From: Patescibacteria group bacterium | GTDB lineage: Bacteria > Patescibacteriota > Patescibacteriia > Patescibacteriales > JBAZCA01 | Assembly: GCA_041671125.1 (NCBI GenBank) | Contig: JBAZCA010000003.1 | Span: forward strand, 689-64,688 | Direction of reading: 5' to 3' | Length of the DNA stretch: 64,000 nucleotides | Shown: positions 54,134 through 62,387 of the stretch, piece by piece | How the letters are laid out: every line of letters begins with the position of its first letter | How positions within the stretch are numbered: the first letter of the stretch is position 1 | Translations under genes and position numbers: made by a program | The notes under the pieces: generated by a model | The model's database searches: none | Seen by the model: the letters and a program-made list of their open reading frames with translations, nothing else | What the model was told of the DNA's origin: nothing

Positions 54134-54323
54134 GAGATGCGAGCATTGAAAAATTTCGGCGATAATCGCGAGCGTAGAAAGTGTGCAAAATTCCACTGCT
54201 TGAGGAGTCCCGCCATCAGGCGGGGCGACGAGTTTGGAATTTTGCTAGCTTTCCTAGCGAGTGATCCGAAATTTTTCCTGCTCGCGATTTTTGCGCCACT
54301 TTTTCTAAAAAAGTGGCAAAAAG
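54133..54323 (+). ncRNA. about 190-nt highly structured repeat element (unclassified), copy 1, filling the proS-proC spacer
   Basis: Nested long-range helices (gcgagcattgaaaaatttcgg/ccgaaatttttcctgctcgc; gcaaaattcca/tggaattttgc; cccgcc/ggcggg) plus a 3' hairpin gccactttttctaaaaaagtggc. The second copy at 61544-61730 shows compensatory changes. The strand and RNA nature are inferred. Confidence 0.5.
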
Positions 54324-54324
54324 A

Positions 54325-55119
54325 ATGGGCACAAAATTGAAACAATCAATCGGAATTTTCGGCTTTGGCCACATGGGTCAGGCTATTTTTAAATTACTAA
54401 AAACCAATAAAAAATTCAGTAACTGCCGGTTTTTTGTCTGCTCGCTCGGGCTGGATAAGGTTAAAGGCGCCGAACGTACTGACAACTTAAAAGCGCTCGC
54501 TGAAAAGTCCGATATTATTTTTCTTTGCGTCAAACCGCAGGAATTTAAAAAAATAGCGCCGGAGAAAATCGGCTCTTTAAAGACCATCATTATTTCCATC
54601 ATGGCTGGCGTAAAAATAGACGCTATCAGGAAGACTATCGGCGCGAAAAGAATAATTCGCGCCATGCCTAACCTCGCTCTGGCGGCCGGAAAAAGCATGA
54701 CCGGCTGGTATGCCGATAAAGAGCGGCTCACGCGATCCGAATTGCGGACAGCAAAAATAATTTTTGACGCGTTCGGCAAACAAATTTTTCTAAAAAACGA
54801 AAAACAGCTTAACGCCGTAACCGCTGTTTCCGGTTCGGGTCCGGCTTATGTTTTTCTTTTTATGGACGCCCTGGTAAATGCGGCAATGAAACTCGGTTTT
54901 CAGAGAAGCGACGCCTTAACGCTGGTAAAAGAGACGATTGCCGGATCGCTTAAGTATTCCGAAAACGAGAATGATCTGGCCGAGCTGGTTAAAAAAGTAA
55001 CCTCAAAAAAAGGCACGACTGAAGCGGCCTTAAAAAGCCTGGATGTTGTTCGGTTTTATAAACAATGGGAAAGGGCCGTAAAAAAAGCCTATGAAAGAGC
55101 TGAGGAACTATCAAGCTAG
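54325..55119 (+). CDS. proC: pyrroline-5-carboxylate reductase
   Basis: IGIFGFGHMGQAI Rossmann motif, MPNLALAAG, and C-terminal SKKGTTEAAL. ATG at 54325 preferred over the GTG at 54313, which lies inside the repeat. Confidence 0.85.
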   Translation: MGTKLKQSIGIFGFGHMGQAIFKLLKTNKKFSNCRFFVCSLGLDKVKGAERTDNLKALAEKSDIIFLCVKPQEFKKIAPEKIGSLKTIIISIMAGVKIDAIRKTIGAKRIIRAMPNLALAAGKSMTGWYADKERLTRSELRTAKIIFDAFGKQIFLKNEKQLNAVTAVSGSGPAYVFLFMDALVNAAMKLGFQRSDALTLVKETIAGSLKYSENENDLAELVKKVTSKKGTTEAALKSLDVVRFYKQWERAVKKAYERAEELSS

Positions 55120-56422
55120 AAAGCAGACAACGGAAAGCCCGCTTCGCCGGAGCGAGAGCGAGGCGAGCAAACAGCAGAAAAAAATTTTATCGGTTAAACA
55201 TGCTTCAGCCGGACTTCTTCGTCTTTCTTCAGAACAAAAAAATAAGGCGCTCAACTCTTTGGCAAGCGCTTTAATGAAAAATTCCGCTCATATTATCCTG
55301 GCTAATAAGGCCGATATCCGAGCCGCGGAAAAAAATGGAAAGAGCCGAAGTTTTATTGAACGCCTGGCTTTGGATAAAACTAAAATCAGCGCCATGGCCG
55401 ATTCTCTAAAAGACGTGGCCAGCCTGACTGACTACATTGGACAAATTTTAGAGGAAAAAAAGCGGCCGAGCGGGATTCATCTGAAAAAAATCCGGGTGCC
55501 TCTCGGCCTCGTCGCGATAATTTACGAATCCCGTCCGAACGTGACCATAGACGCTTTTGCCCTGGCTTTTAAAAGCTCTAACGCGGTTATTTTAAAAGGC
55601 GGCAAAGAAATCAAAAACACCAACCGGATTTTAGTTAAAATTATCAAAGACACTTTAAAAAAATACAACATCAGCCAGGAGATACTCCTTGATCTGACCG
55701 GACTGGATAAACCGGGGACGCTTGAACTTATGGCCGACAGAAATATTGACTGCCTTATCCCCCGCGGCGGCAAAGGCCTTATAGATTTTGTCCGTGAAAA
55801 CGCCAAAATCCCGGTTATTATCACCGGCGCTTCCGTCGTCCATGCTTATGTTGACGAAGACGCGGATCTGAAATTGGCAAGACGGGTAATTATAAACGCC
55901 AAAACCAGACGGGTTTCCATCTGCAACGCTCTGGACGTTTTACTTTTACATAAAAAAATTAGCGATCCCATGTTAAGACTGCTGGCTAAAGGCTTAGCGG
56001 CTAAAAACGTGGAAATAAGGGCGGACAAAGATAGCTATCGGATTTTAAAAAAGCTTAATTACTCAAAATTAAAACCGGCTGGTATTGCCGATTTTGACAC
56101 CGAATTTCTTGATTATATCCTCGCCGTAAAAACGGTTAACGGTTTAGATGAAGCTTTGAGCCATATAGCGGCGCACACCTTAGGCCACAGCGAAGCGATT
56201 ATTACCCGCTCAAAAGTTAAAGCCCAAAAATTTTTTCAGTCCATTGACGCCGCCTGCCTTTACCATAATACTTCCACCCAATTTTCCGACGGCGGCGAAT
56301 TCGGCCTTGGGTCGGAAATCGGCATCTCAACCCAAAAACTCCACGCCCGCGGCCCGTTCGCCCACGAGGCACTGACGACGTACAAATACATTGTTGAGAG
56401 CAAAGGTACTACGAGAAAATAG
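55091..56422 (+). CDS. proA: gamma-glutamyl phosphate reductase
   Basis: VPLGLVAIIYESRPNVTIDA, IPRGGKGL, NTSTQFSDGGEFGLG and STQKLHARGP. The only in-frame ATG/GTG/TTG is at 55091, giving a roughly 25-aa N-terminal extension that contains a GC hairpin (55137-55170). Confidence 0.88.
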   Translation: MKELRNYQARKQTTESPLRRSESEASKQQKKILSVKHASAGLLRLSSEQKNKALNSLASALMKNSAHIILANKADIRAAEKNGKSRSFIERLALDKTKISAMADSLKDVASLTDYIGQILEEKKRPSGIHLKKIRVPLGLVAIIYESRPNVTIDAFALAFKSSNAVILKGGKEIKNTNRILVKIIKDTLKKYNISQEILLDLTGLDKPGTLELMADRNIDCLIPRGGKGLIDFVRENAKIPVIITGASVVHAYVDEDADLKLARRVIINAKTRRVSICNALDVLLLHKKISDPMLRLLAKGLAAKNVEIRADKDSYRILKKLNYSKLKPAGIADFDTEFLDYILAVKTVNGLDEALSHIAAHTLGHSEAIITRSKVKAQKFFQSIDAACLYHNTSTQFSDGGEFGLGSEIGISTQKLHARGPFAHEALTTYKYIVESKGTTRK

Positions 56423-56499
56423 TATCCCGCGAATCAGCAGGCATTTTTATAAATGTATAAATATTTGTGCATTTGTGAAATAATTTGTTGATTTGTAAT

Positions 56500-57624
56500 C
56501 TATTCAAATACAAGATAATCATAATGCACGGCGATTTTTTTTCCGCCCTCAATCCTTTCACCTTCAATGTGCGATTCCTTGTGCTTCTTTATTTCCAATA
56601 CCAGCTCATCGCGGGCAAAACGGGATTGGCCTTTGGCTAAAACCGTCCCGTCAATATCACAAACCGCGATAACATCGCCTTTTTTAAACTCGCCCTCCAC
56701 GCCCTCTACGCCAGAAAGAAGCACCGAAGCCGGCTGCTTCTTTTTTAATATGTCAGCGAGATAACAGCTGGTAATTATCCTGCCTTTGGGATGGGCGGCG
56801 AGGGCGAGCCAGCCTTTCAACGGTTTTATTTTCTTTTTTATGGCCTTAAAATGAGTGCCAATTTTTTCGTTATGGAGAATTATTTTTGACAATATTTCCG
56901 GTTCAAAACCGCTTGCGATGTCCATCTCAATTCCGAGCGAAATAATTTGAGCGGCGGTAATTAATTTACTTTTCATTCCGCCCCGGCCGACTTCGCTCTT
57001 TCCCGCGCCCATGCTTTTTATCATCTTCTCAATATCTTCTAGCTCAGTTAAAAGTTTGGCGCCTTTTTCTTTCGGGTCTTTGTCGTAGACCCCAGCCACG
57101 TTGGTTAAAATTAATAATCTGTCCGCCACCAGCATGGCCGCGATCATCGCCGAAAGCTGGTCATTATCGGAAAAATCAAGCTCTTCCGGCGACAAAACGT
57201 CGTTCTCGTTAAAAATCGGGATAATGCCGAGACTTACTAAGTTTTCCGTTACTGTCCGCAAGCTTAAATATCTCTGCCGGTCGGAAAAATCCGCCCGGGT
57301 TACTAAAACTTGCGCGCAGTTAAGGCCGTGCCTTTTAAACTCAGACTTATAAACCGCCATCAATTCCGGCTGTCCGACCGCGGCAAGCATCTGCTCGCGA
57401 ATTATTTTTTTCGGCTGGCCGTCTGCTTTGACCCGGAACTCACCGACGAGTTCTTTCGCCGCCCGACCGCTCGCGACCGCTCCGGATGAGACTATGATAA
57501 TCTTTTTTCCAGCTTTAATGACCCGGGCGGCGTCGCTTATTAGGCTGGCAATTACCGGAAGGTTTAAATCGCCGCCGCTATTAGCAATAAGCTGGGAGCC
57601 AATTTTTACCACAACTTTTTCCAT
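56500..57624 (-). CDS. proB: glutamate 5-kinase with a C-terminal PUA domain
   Basis: VVVKIGSQLI, IIVSSGAVASG, and a PUA-like C-terminus. Start moved to the ATG at 57624; the longer ORF reads through the tRNA trailer repeat. Confidence 0.9.
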   Translation of the reverse strand: MEKVVVKIGSQLIANSGGDLNLPVIASLISDAARVIKAGKKIIIVSSGAVASGRAAKELVGEFRVKADGQPKKIIREQMLAAVGQPELMAVYKSEFKRHGLNCAQVLVTRADFSDRQRYLSLRTVTENLVSLGIIPIFNENDVLSPEELDFSDNDQLSAMIAAMLVADRLLILTNVAGVYDKDPKEKGAKLLTELEDIEKMIKSMGAGKSEVGRGGMKSKLITAAQIISLGIEMDIASGFEPEILSKIILHNEKIGTHFKAIKKKIKPLKGWLALAAHPKGRIITSCYLADILKKKQPASVLLSGVEGVEGEFKKGDVIAVCDIDGTVLAKGQSRFARDELVLEIKKHKESHIEGERIEGGKKIAVHYDYLVFE

Positions 57625-57628
57625 ACAG

Positions 57629-57715
57629 TTTTTGTGGACGCTAGTGGACTCGCCCGGCATCCAGCATACGCCAGACAAGTCCGCCGGGCGTCCAGCGAAT
57701 GCTGGACGAACCTTA
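57629..57715 (-). repeat. conserved tRNA-Val trailer, copy A (ends with a 24-nt duplicate of the tRNA-Val-GAC 3' end)
   Basis: Minus-strand TAAGGTTCGTCCAGCATTCGCTGGACGCCCGGCGGACTTGTCTGGCGTATGCTGGATGCCGGGCGAGTCCACTAGCGTCCACAAAAA. Nearly identical to 61453-61540. 57629-57652 repeats 57726-57749. Confidence 0.8.
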
Positions 57716-57731
57716 ACTTAAGTCATTTTTG

Positions 57732-57805
57732 TGGACGCTAGTGGACTCGAACCACTGACCTTTACGATGTCAACGTAACGCTCTAACCAACTGAGCTAAG
57801 CGTCC
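57732..57805 (-). tRNA. tRNA-Val (anticodon GAC)
   Basis: Folds by hand into a 74-nt cloverleaf: GGACGCT/AGCGTCC acceptor, GCTC/GAGC D stem, TTACG-TTGACAT-CGTAA anticodon arm, AGTGG-TTCGAGT-CCACT T arm. No encoded CCA. Confidence 0.9.
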
Positions 57806-57822
57806 TGTTAATTTTCTCCCTG

Positions 57823-57896
57823 TGCGCCCAGATGGACTTGAACCATCGACCCCGGCTTTATAAGAGCCGTGCTCTAACCAGCTGAGCTATGGGCGC
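57823..57896 (-). tRNA. tRNA-Ile (anticodon UAU)
   Basis: 74-nt cloverleaf: GCGCCCA/TGGGCGC acceptor, CGGCT-CTTATAA-AGCCG anticodon arm (TAT at positions 34-36), GATGG-TTCAAGT-CCATC T arm. Confidence 0.85.
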
Positions 57897-57950
57897 ATCT
57901 TCCTTTGTCCTTTCCATCGCGGCGACATATATAGAAGATTAACACTAATA

Positions 57951-59096
57951 TTATTCCTTTTCAAGAATGGCCTTTAATTTTTCCTCAAGCCTGCCGATTA
58001 TAAGCTTTTTCCCGGAAGAAAGCGGTTCGTTTAAATCAAATTTAACAAGGGTTCTTCCCCCGGCCGGGTTAAAACTGGCGGCGAACTCCATGGAATTTAA
58101 GCTCTTAACGGTGTGAACCCAGACCCTGGTTTTACCTTCTTCGTTTTCAAATATCAGGGCAATAACTTTGGCCGCCGGAACGCTGGTTATCATCTCTTCT
58201 ATAACCTCATCCAAATCTGACTCAGTGGATCCTGTCTTTAAAAAATCGCTCTGACTAAGCATTGACCAGATAAGCCGATCGTTTAACGAGCTTTCCAGTC
58301 GCGCCAGCACCCGGCCCCAGAGCTTTAAGACGTTAAAAGACCGCGAGCGGAAAAGATGGTTGATAATTTCATCCTTCCGGGCGCCGAAAGTAATGAGATC
58401 CGAAACCGTTTCCAGCGCTCGCGGGGTTATTGTCCTGATCCTGAAATTCCTCGTACCCGCGATCATGCCCGCGAGCAGGCAGGTAGCAATATCTTCGTCT
58501 ATGAGCGCCTGATCCAGCGACTTAAAAAACGGAAATAAAATTTCCGCGAGCGAAACCGCGGTGAGTTCCGCGAGGTTGATCTGGCCAAAGCTCTCATTAT
58601 CCGAATCGTTGTCAATATTTATGAGAGGAGTCTTATAAAAAAAGTCCGGATTGTCCTCAAAAATCCGGCCGAGCGACTGTAAATCAGGAGTTCCGACCGC
58701 GATGATGAGGTCATACTTATATCCGCAGGCGCAAGAGGTAACCTCCTGGCCGGTAAAAACCCCTTCTTTGGGTGTGATAATAAAATCCAGCCGCCCGTCT
58801 TCCACTACGTATTTTACCTGGTCAACTTTGGTCCGGGAAATGTCTAAAGAAACGATTAGATTCTGCAGACCGTCAGCCGCGTCTTTTATTTCGGCGAATC
58901 CGGGTAAAAAACTTAAATCTTTCTTAACGTTCAAACCCTCAATTATCAGATCCGCGCTCTTGCCCATCTTTTTTAAATACAAAAAAAGAGCCAGGGCATT
59001 AGCCGGAGCGTCTTTATTTTCATCGCGCGGGGCGACAATGAGAATATTTTCGGACTTTTTAATCAGTTCTTCTGCTTGTTTTCTCTCTGATAACAT
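57951..59096 (-). CDS. DHH/DHHA1-family (NrnA-like) protein with degenerate catalytic motifs
   Basis: Overall NrnA-like layout, but motif I reads VAPRDENKDAPANA and the DHH motif position reads INIDNDSDNESFG. Confidence 0.6.
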   Translation of the reverse strand: MLSERKQAEELIKKSENILIVAPRDENKDAPANALALFLYLKKMGKSADLIIEGLNVKKDLSFLPGFAEIKDAADGLQNLIVSLDISRTKVDQVKYVVEDGRLDFIITPKEGVFTGQEVTSCACGYKYDLIIAVGTPDLQSLGRIFEDNPDFFYKTPLINIDNDSDNESFGQINLAELTAVSLAEILFPFFKSLDQALIDEDIATCLLAGMIAGTRNFRIRTITPRALETVSDLITFGARKDEIINHLFRSRSFNVLKLWGRVLARLESSLNDRLIWSMLSQSDFLKTGSTESDLDEVIEEMITSVPAAKVIALIFENEEGKTRVWVHTVKSLNSMEFAASFNPAGGRTLVKFDLNEPLSSGKKLIIGRLEEKLKAILEKE

Positions 59097-59122
59097 AAAT
59101 GGCGAGCTACCGGGGACACTTC

Positions 59123-59151
59123 AATATATATAAAAAGCAATTGACTGTCAA
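59123..59151 (-). promoter_or_regulatory. putative sigma70-type promoter for the DHH gene / tRNA-Ile / tRNA-Val / proB transcription unit
   Basis: On the minus strand: TTGACA (59151-59146), 17-nt spacer, TATATT (59128-59123). Confidence 0.5.
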
Positions 59152-59165
59152 ATTGACGCGCCATA

Positions 59166-60992
59166 CTAGGTTTCCAAAAGCTTCTTGGAAAGCTCTTTTT
59201 TAATCGTCATGGGAGTTATATTATGCGCCGTATTATACTCTTCCTGGCGTTTGCGGCGCCGGTTGGTTTCCGAGATGGCAAAACTCATGGCCGGAGTAAT
59301 TTTTTCGGCGTACATGATTACTTTGCCGTCCACGTTTCGGGCCGCCCGGCCGATAGTCTGCAGAAGCGAGGTTTCATTCCTTAAAAATCCGGACATGTCC
59401 GCGTCCAATATGGCGACGAGCGAAACTTCGGGAAGATCTAATCCTTCGCGAAGGAGATTAATCCCGACGATTACGTCAACTTTCCCGCTTCTTAAATCAT
59501 TTAAAATATCCACCCGATCCAAAGTGTCAATTTCGCTATGTAAATATTTAACTTTTATGAGGTTCTCGGTAAGGTATTCGGCGAGTTCTTCGGCCATCCG
59601 CTTAGTCAGGGTGGTAACGAGCGCCCGCTGTTTTTTTTCCACTCTCAATTTAATCTCTTTAATTAAATCTTCCAGCTGGTTTTTTCCCGGCCGGACAAAA
59701 ATTTCCGGATCCATAAGCCCGGTCGGGCGGATGATCTGCTCGGCTACCTGTTTTGAATTGCTGATTTCAAAAACGGACGGCGTGGCGCTCACGTAAATTA
59801 CCTTATTTATCTTTTTCCGGAATTCGTCAAAATTAAGCGGCCGGTTGTCTTTGGCCGACGGCAGGCGAAAACCGAAATTAACGAGGGTTTCCTTTCTTGA
59901 CTGGTCGCCAGCGTACATCCCCCGAATCTGCGGCAGGGTAACGTGCGACTCGTCAATAAACAGAAGATAATCCCTAGGGAAAAAATCTATAAGCGTTGAA
60001 GGCGGTTCGCCCGGAGCGCGGCCTGAAAGATGCCGCGAATAATTTTCAATGCCGTTGCAGTAGCCTACCTGCTCAATCATCTCAAGATCATAGTTTGTTT
60101 TCCGTTCCAGCCGATACGCCTCCACGTCCATTTTTTCTTCTTTTAATTTTTTCAGCCGTTCTTTTAATTCCTGCCGGATGCTTACGAGGGCGCCTTTTAT
60201 TTTTTCTTCCGGCGCCATGTAATGTTTGGCCGGCAGAATCATTATTTTTTCCAGTTCAATCCCGTCCTTTTCCCGAAGTCCTTCCATCCAGGGTTTTTTC
60301 GGGTCTTCAGGATGAACTGCGAACTGGGTGATCTTTTCAACCGTATCGCCGGCCATGACAATCCGGACAATAAACTCGCCGTTAACGAGAAAAATATCAA
60401 TCGTATCGCCTGATACCCGTAATTTTCCCCGGTAAAATTCTTTGTCATTCCTCTCAAACTGGATTTTGACGAGCTCAGCTAAAATCGTGTTGCGCTTCAT
60501 TTTCTGGCCGCGGAAAAAAAACCGCCCCAAAGCGAGGTAATCTTCTTTTTCGCCGATGCCGTAGATGCAGGAAACGCTGGCAATCACGATCACGTCGTCC
60601 CTGAATAATAATGACTGGGTGGCGGCATGCCGCAGGCGGTCAATTTCCTCGTTGATAGTCGCTTCTTTTTCAATGTAAGTGTCGGTATGGGGGATGTAAG
60701 CCTCGGGCTGGTAATAGTCGTAATAGGAAACAAAATAATGCACCGCGTTTTCCGGAAAAAAATGCCTGAACTCGCCGTAAAGCTGGGCGGCCAGAGTCTT
60801 ATTATGGGAAATTACGAGGGTCGGCTTTTGCGTTTTTTCTATAATCCCGGCCATGGTAAAAGTCTTTCCCGAACCAGTAACTCCGAGAAGAGTCTGGTCT
60901 TTATAGCCCTTCTTTAAGCCCTCCGCGAGTTTTTCAATCGCTTTGGGTTGGTCGCCGGCCGGCTCGTATTCTGAATGGATTTTAAATTTCAT
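59166..60992 (-). CDS. uvrB: excinuclease ABC subunit B, short form lacking the C-terminal UVR domain
   Basis: [26 protein letters not shown] and helicase motifs. Ends ...[17 protein letters not shown] at 608 aa. Confidence 0.95.
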   Translation of the reverse strand: MKFKIHSEYEPAGDQPKAIEKLAEGLKKGYKDQTLLGVTGSGKTFTMAGIIEKTQKPTLVISHNKTLAAQLYGEFRHFFPENAVHYFVSYYDYYQPEAYIPHTDTYIEKEATINEEIDRLRHAATQSLLFRDDVIVIASVSCIYGIGEKEDYLALGRFFFRGQKMKRNTILAELVKIQFERNDKEFYRGKLRVSGDTIDIFLVNGEFIVRIVMAGDTVEKITQFAVHPEDPKKPWMEGLREKDGIELEKIMILPAKHYMAPEEKIKGALVSIRQELKERLKKLKEEKMDVEAYRLERKTNYDLEMIEQVGYCNGIENYSRHLSGRAPGEPPSTLIDFFPRDYLLFIDESHVTLPQIRGMYAGDQSRKETLVNFGFRLPSAKDNRPLNFDEFRKKINKVIYVSATPSVFEISNSKQVAEQIIRPTGLMDPEIFVRPGKNQLEDLIKEIKLRVEKKQRALVTTLTKRMAEELAEYLTENLIKVKYLHSEIDTLDRVDILNDLRSGKVDVIVGINLLREGLDLPEVSLVAILDADMSGFLRNETSLLQTIGRAARNVDGKVIMYAEKITPAMSFAISETNRRRKRQEEYNTAHNITPMTIKKELSKKLLET

Positions 60993-61282
60993 AATTTTAG
61001 TATTTCCTCATAATCATCTCCTTCGGCTTTTTTTACCCTATGCCCGTACCCGCACTTCACGCAAGTATAGACTATTTTTGCCTCTCCATGTTTCAGTTCT
61101 AGCCCGGACGGTCTCATAAGACCCTGGCAGGCGGCCGCGCGATCGCCCGGGTTAACGTCAACATGCTTTGACCAAAGGCAAACCGGACAATGATCAGTAT
61201 AACCGTCGCCCTTCACCTTTACCCCGCAATTTTCGCAGGTAAAATCTTCAATCTTCCGCTGAAATTTTCTTTTTCCGGTCAT
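60989..61282 (-). CDS. RNHCP-domain zinc-ribbon protein
   Basis: [38 protein letters not shown]...CVKCG matches the RNHCP family pattern. Its stop overlaps the uvrB start (ATGA). Confidence 0.7.
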   Translation of the reverse strand: MTGKRKFQRKIEDFTCENCGVKVKGDGYTDHCPVCLWSKHVDVNPGDRAAACQGLMRPSGLELKHGEAKIVYTCVKCGYGHRVKKAEGDDYEEILKL

Positions 61283-61374
61283 CTTAGATATCCCTTAAAA
61301 CGCTTTATGTTCGGTGCCTTGAAATAATATACTCTATCATGTTAATCTTATCATGTAAATGGGATTAATCAGGA

Positions 61375-61448
61375 GGACAATTAGCTCAGTTGGTTAGAGC
61401 GCACGCTTCACACGCGTGAGGTCGGAGGTTCGAGCCCTCCATTGTCCA
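61375..61448 (+). tRNA. tRNA-Val (anticodon CAC)
   Basis: 74-nt cloverleaf: GGACAAT/ATTGTCC acceptor, CACGC-TTCACAC-GCGTG anticodon arm, GGAGG-TTCGAGC-CCTCC T arm. Confidence 0.9.
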
Positions 61449-61452
61449 CGAA

Positions 61453-61540
61453 TAAGGTTCGTCCAGCATTCGCTCCCCGCCCGGCGGACTTGTCTGGCGT
61501 ATGCTGGATGCCGGGCGAGTCCACTAGTGACCACAAAAAA
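61453..61540 (+). repeat. conserved tRNA-Val trailer, copy B
   Basis: Differs from copy A only at GGAC->CCCC and CGT->TGA. Inverted relative to copy A. Confidence 0.8.
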
Positions 61541-61543
61541 ACC

Positions 61544-61730
61544 AGAGATGCGAGCATTGAAAAATTTCGGAAAAATCATGAGCGTGGAAGCCGTGTAAAA
61601 TTCCACTGTCTGAGGACCCGCCGAATCGGCGGGGACGAGTTTGGAATTTTACTAGGCTTCACAGCGAATGATCCAAAATTTTTCCTGCTCGCAATTTTTG
61701 CGCAACTTTTTCTAAAAAAGTTGCAAAAAT
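61544..61730 (+). ncRNA. about 190-nt highly structured repeat element, copy 2
   Basis: Collinear with 54133-54323. Helix changes are compensatory (gtaaaattcca/tggaattttac, gcaac/gttgc, gaagcc/ggcttc). Followed by a terminator. Confidence 0.5.
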
Positions 61731-61752
61731 CCATCGCGCAAACTGCCTCTAT

Positions 61753-61786
61753 AAAAAAACGCTTTAAACAAAAAGCGTTTTTTTTA
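61753..61786. terminator. bidirectional intrinsic terminator (end of the tRNA-Val/trailer/element unit and of clpP)
   Basis: aaaaaaacgcttt aaacaa aaagcgtttttttt; the stem is flanked by an A-run and a T-run. Confidence 0.65.
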
Positions 61787-61808
61787 ATTCACTTAAACCC
61801 GCGACTCT

Positions 61809-62387
61809 CTACTTCGTAATAATCTTATCAATAATCCCGTATTTCTTCGCTTCTTCGGCGCTCATAAAATTATCACGGTCAGTATCTTTTTCTATGGTCG
61901 CGAGTTTTTGCCCGGTGTGGCCGGCTAAAATATTATTCAGCCGGTCTTTTAATTTTAAAATCCGCTCAGCGCCGATTTTTATATCGGTCGCCTGCCCCTC
62001 AATCCCGCCCATGATCTGATGGATCATTATTTCCGAATTCGGGAGAGCGAATCTTTTGCCTTTAGCTCCGGCGGCGAGTAAAAACGCGCCCATGCTGGCC
62101 GCGAGGCCGACGCAGATTGTTGAGACGTCCGGCTTTATATACTGCATGGTGTCATAAATAGCGAGGCCGGACGAAACCGAGCCGCCCGGGGAGTTTATAT
62201 AAAATTTAATTTCCTTGTCTTTATCCTGGGCGGCTAAAAATAAAAGTTGGGCGATAACGATATTGGCCGTATGGTCGCCGATCGGTTCGCCTAAAAATAT
62301 GATCCGATCCTTTAAGAGCCGGGAATAAATATCGTAAGCCCGTTCGCCGTGGCTGGATTTTTCAATGACTGTTGGTATTAATGGCAT
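61809..62387 (-). CDS. clpP: ATP-dependent Clp protease proteolytic subunit
   Basis: [33 protein letters not shown] (catalytic Ser) and MIHQ (His). Start moved to the ATG at 62387 (MPLIPTVIE). Confidence 0.95.
   Translation of the reverse strand: MPLIPTVIEKSSHGERAYDIYSRLLKDRIIFLGEPIGDHTANIVIAQLLFLAAQDKDKEIKFYINSPGGSVSSGLAIYDTMQYIKPDVSTICVGLAASMGAFLLAAGAKGKRFALPNSEIMIHQIMGGIEGQATDIKIGAERILKLKDRLNNILAGHTGQKLATIEKDTDRDNFMSAEEAKKYGIIDKIITK

Noticed and set aside
54133-54323. The 190-nt element as a T-box or other cis-regulator of proline genes (it sits between proS and proC, and the related trailer precedes proB)
   Set aside because: It has no T-box consensus or specifier/antiterminator layout. 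The second copy is not upstream of any plus-strand gene and is followed directly by a terminator and the convergent clpP. The proximity to pro genes is noted but cannot be distinguished from coincidence with two copies.
54137-54340. 67-aa ORF (MRALKNFGDNRERRK...) and the related 61442-61819 ORF, as possible repeated protein genes
   Set aside because: The two DNA copies are collinear, but the reading frame is not preserved; copy 2 terminates after MRALKNFGKIMSVEAV. The differences are compensatory in helices rather than synonymous, so the conserved feature is structure, not protein.
57629-61540. A genomic island integrated at tRNA-Val, bounded by the tRNA-derived repeats
   Set aside because: The 24-nt direct repeats are only 73 nt apart. 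The 3.8-kb segment between the inverted trailers contains core genes (uvrB, tRNAs) with host-like composition, and there is no integrase. At most this is a scar, or a recombination/inversion substrate.
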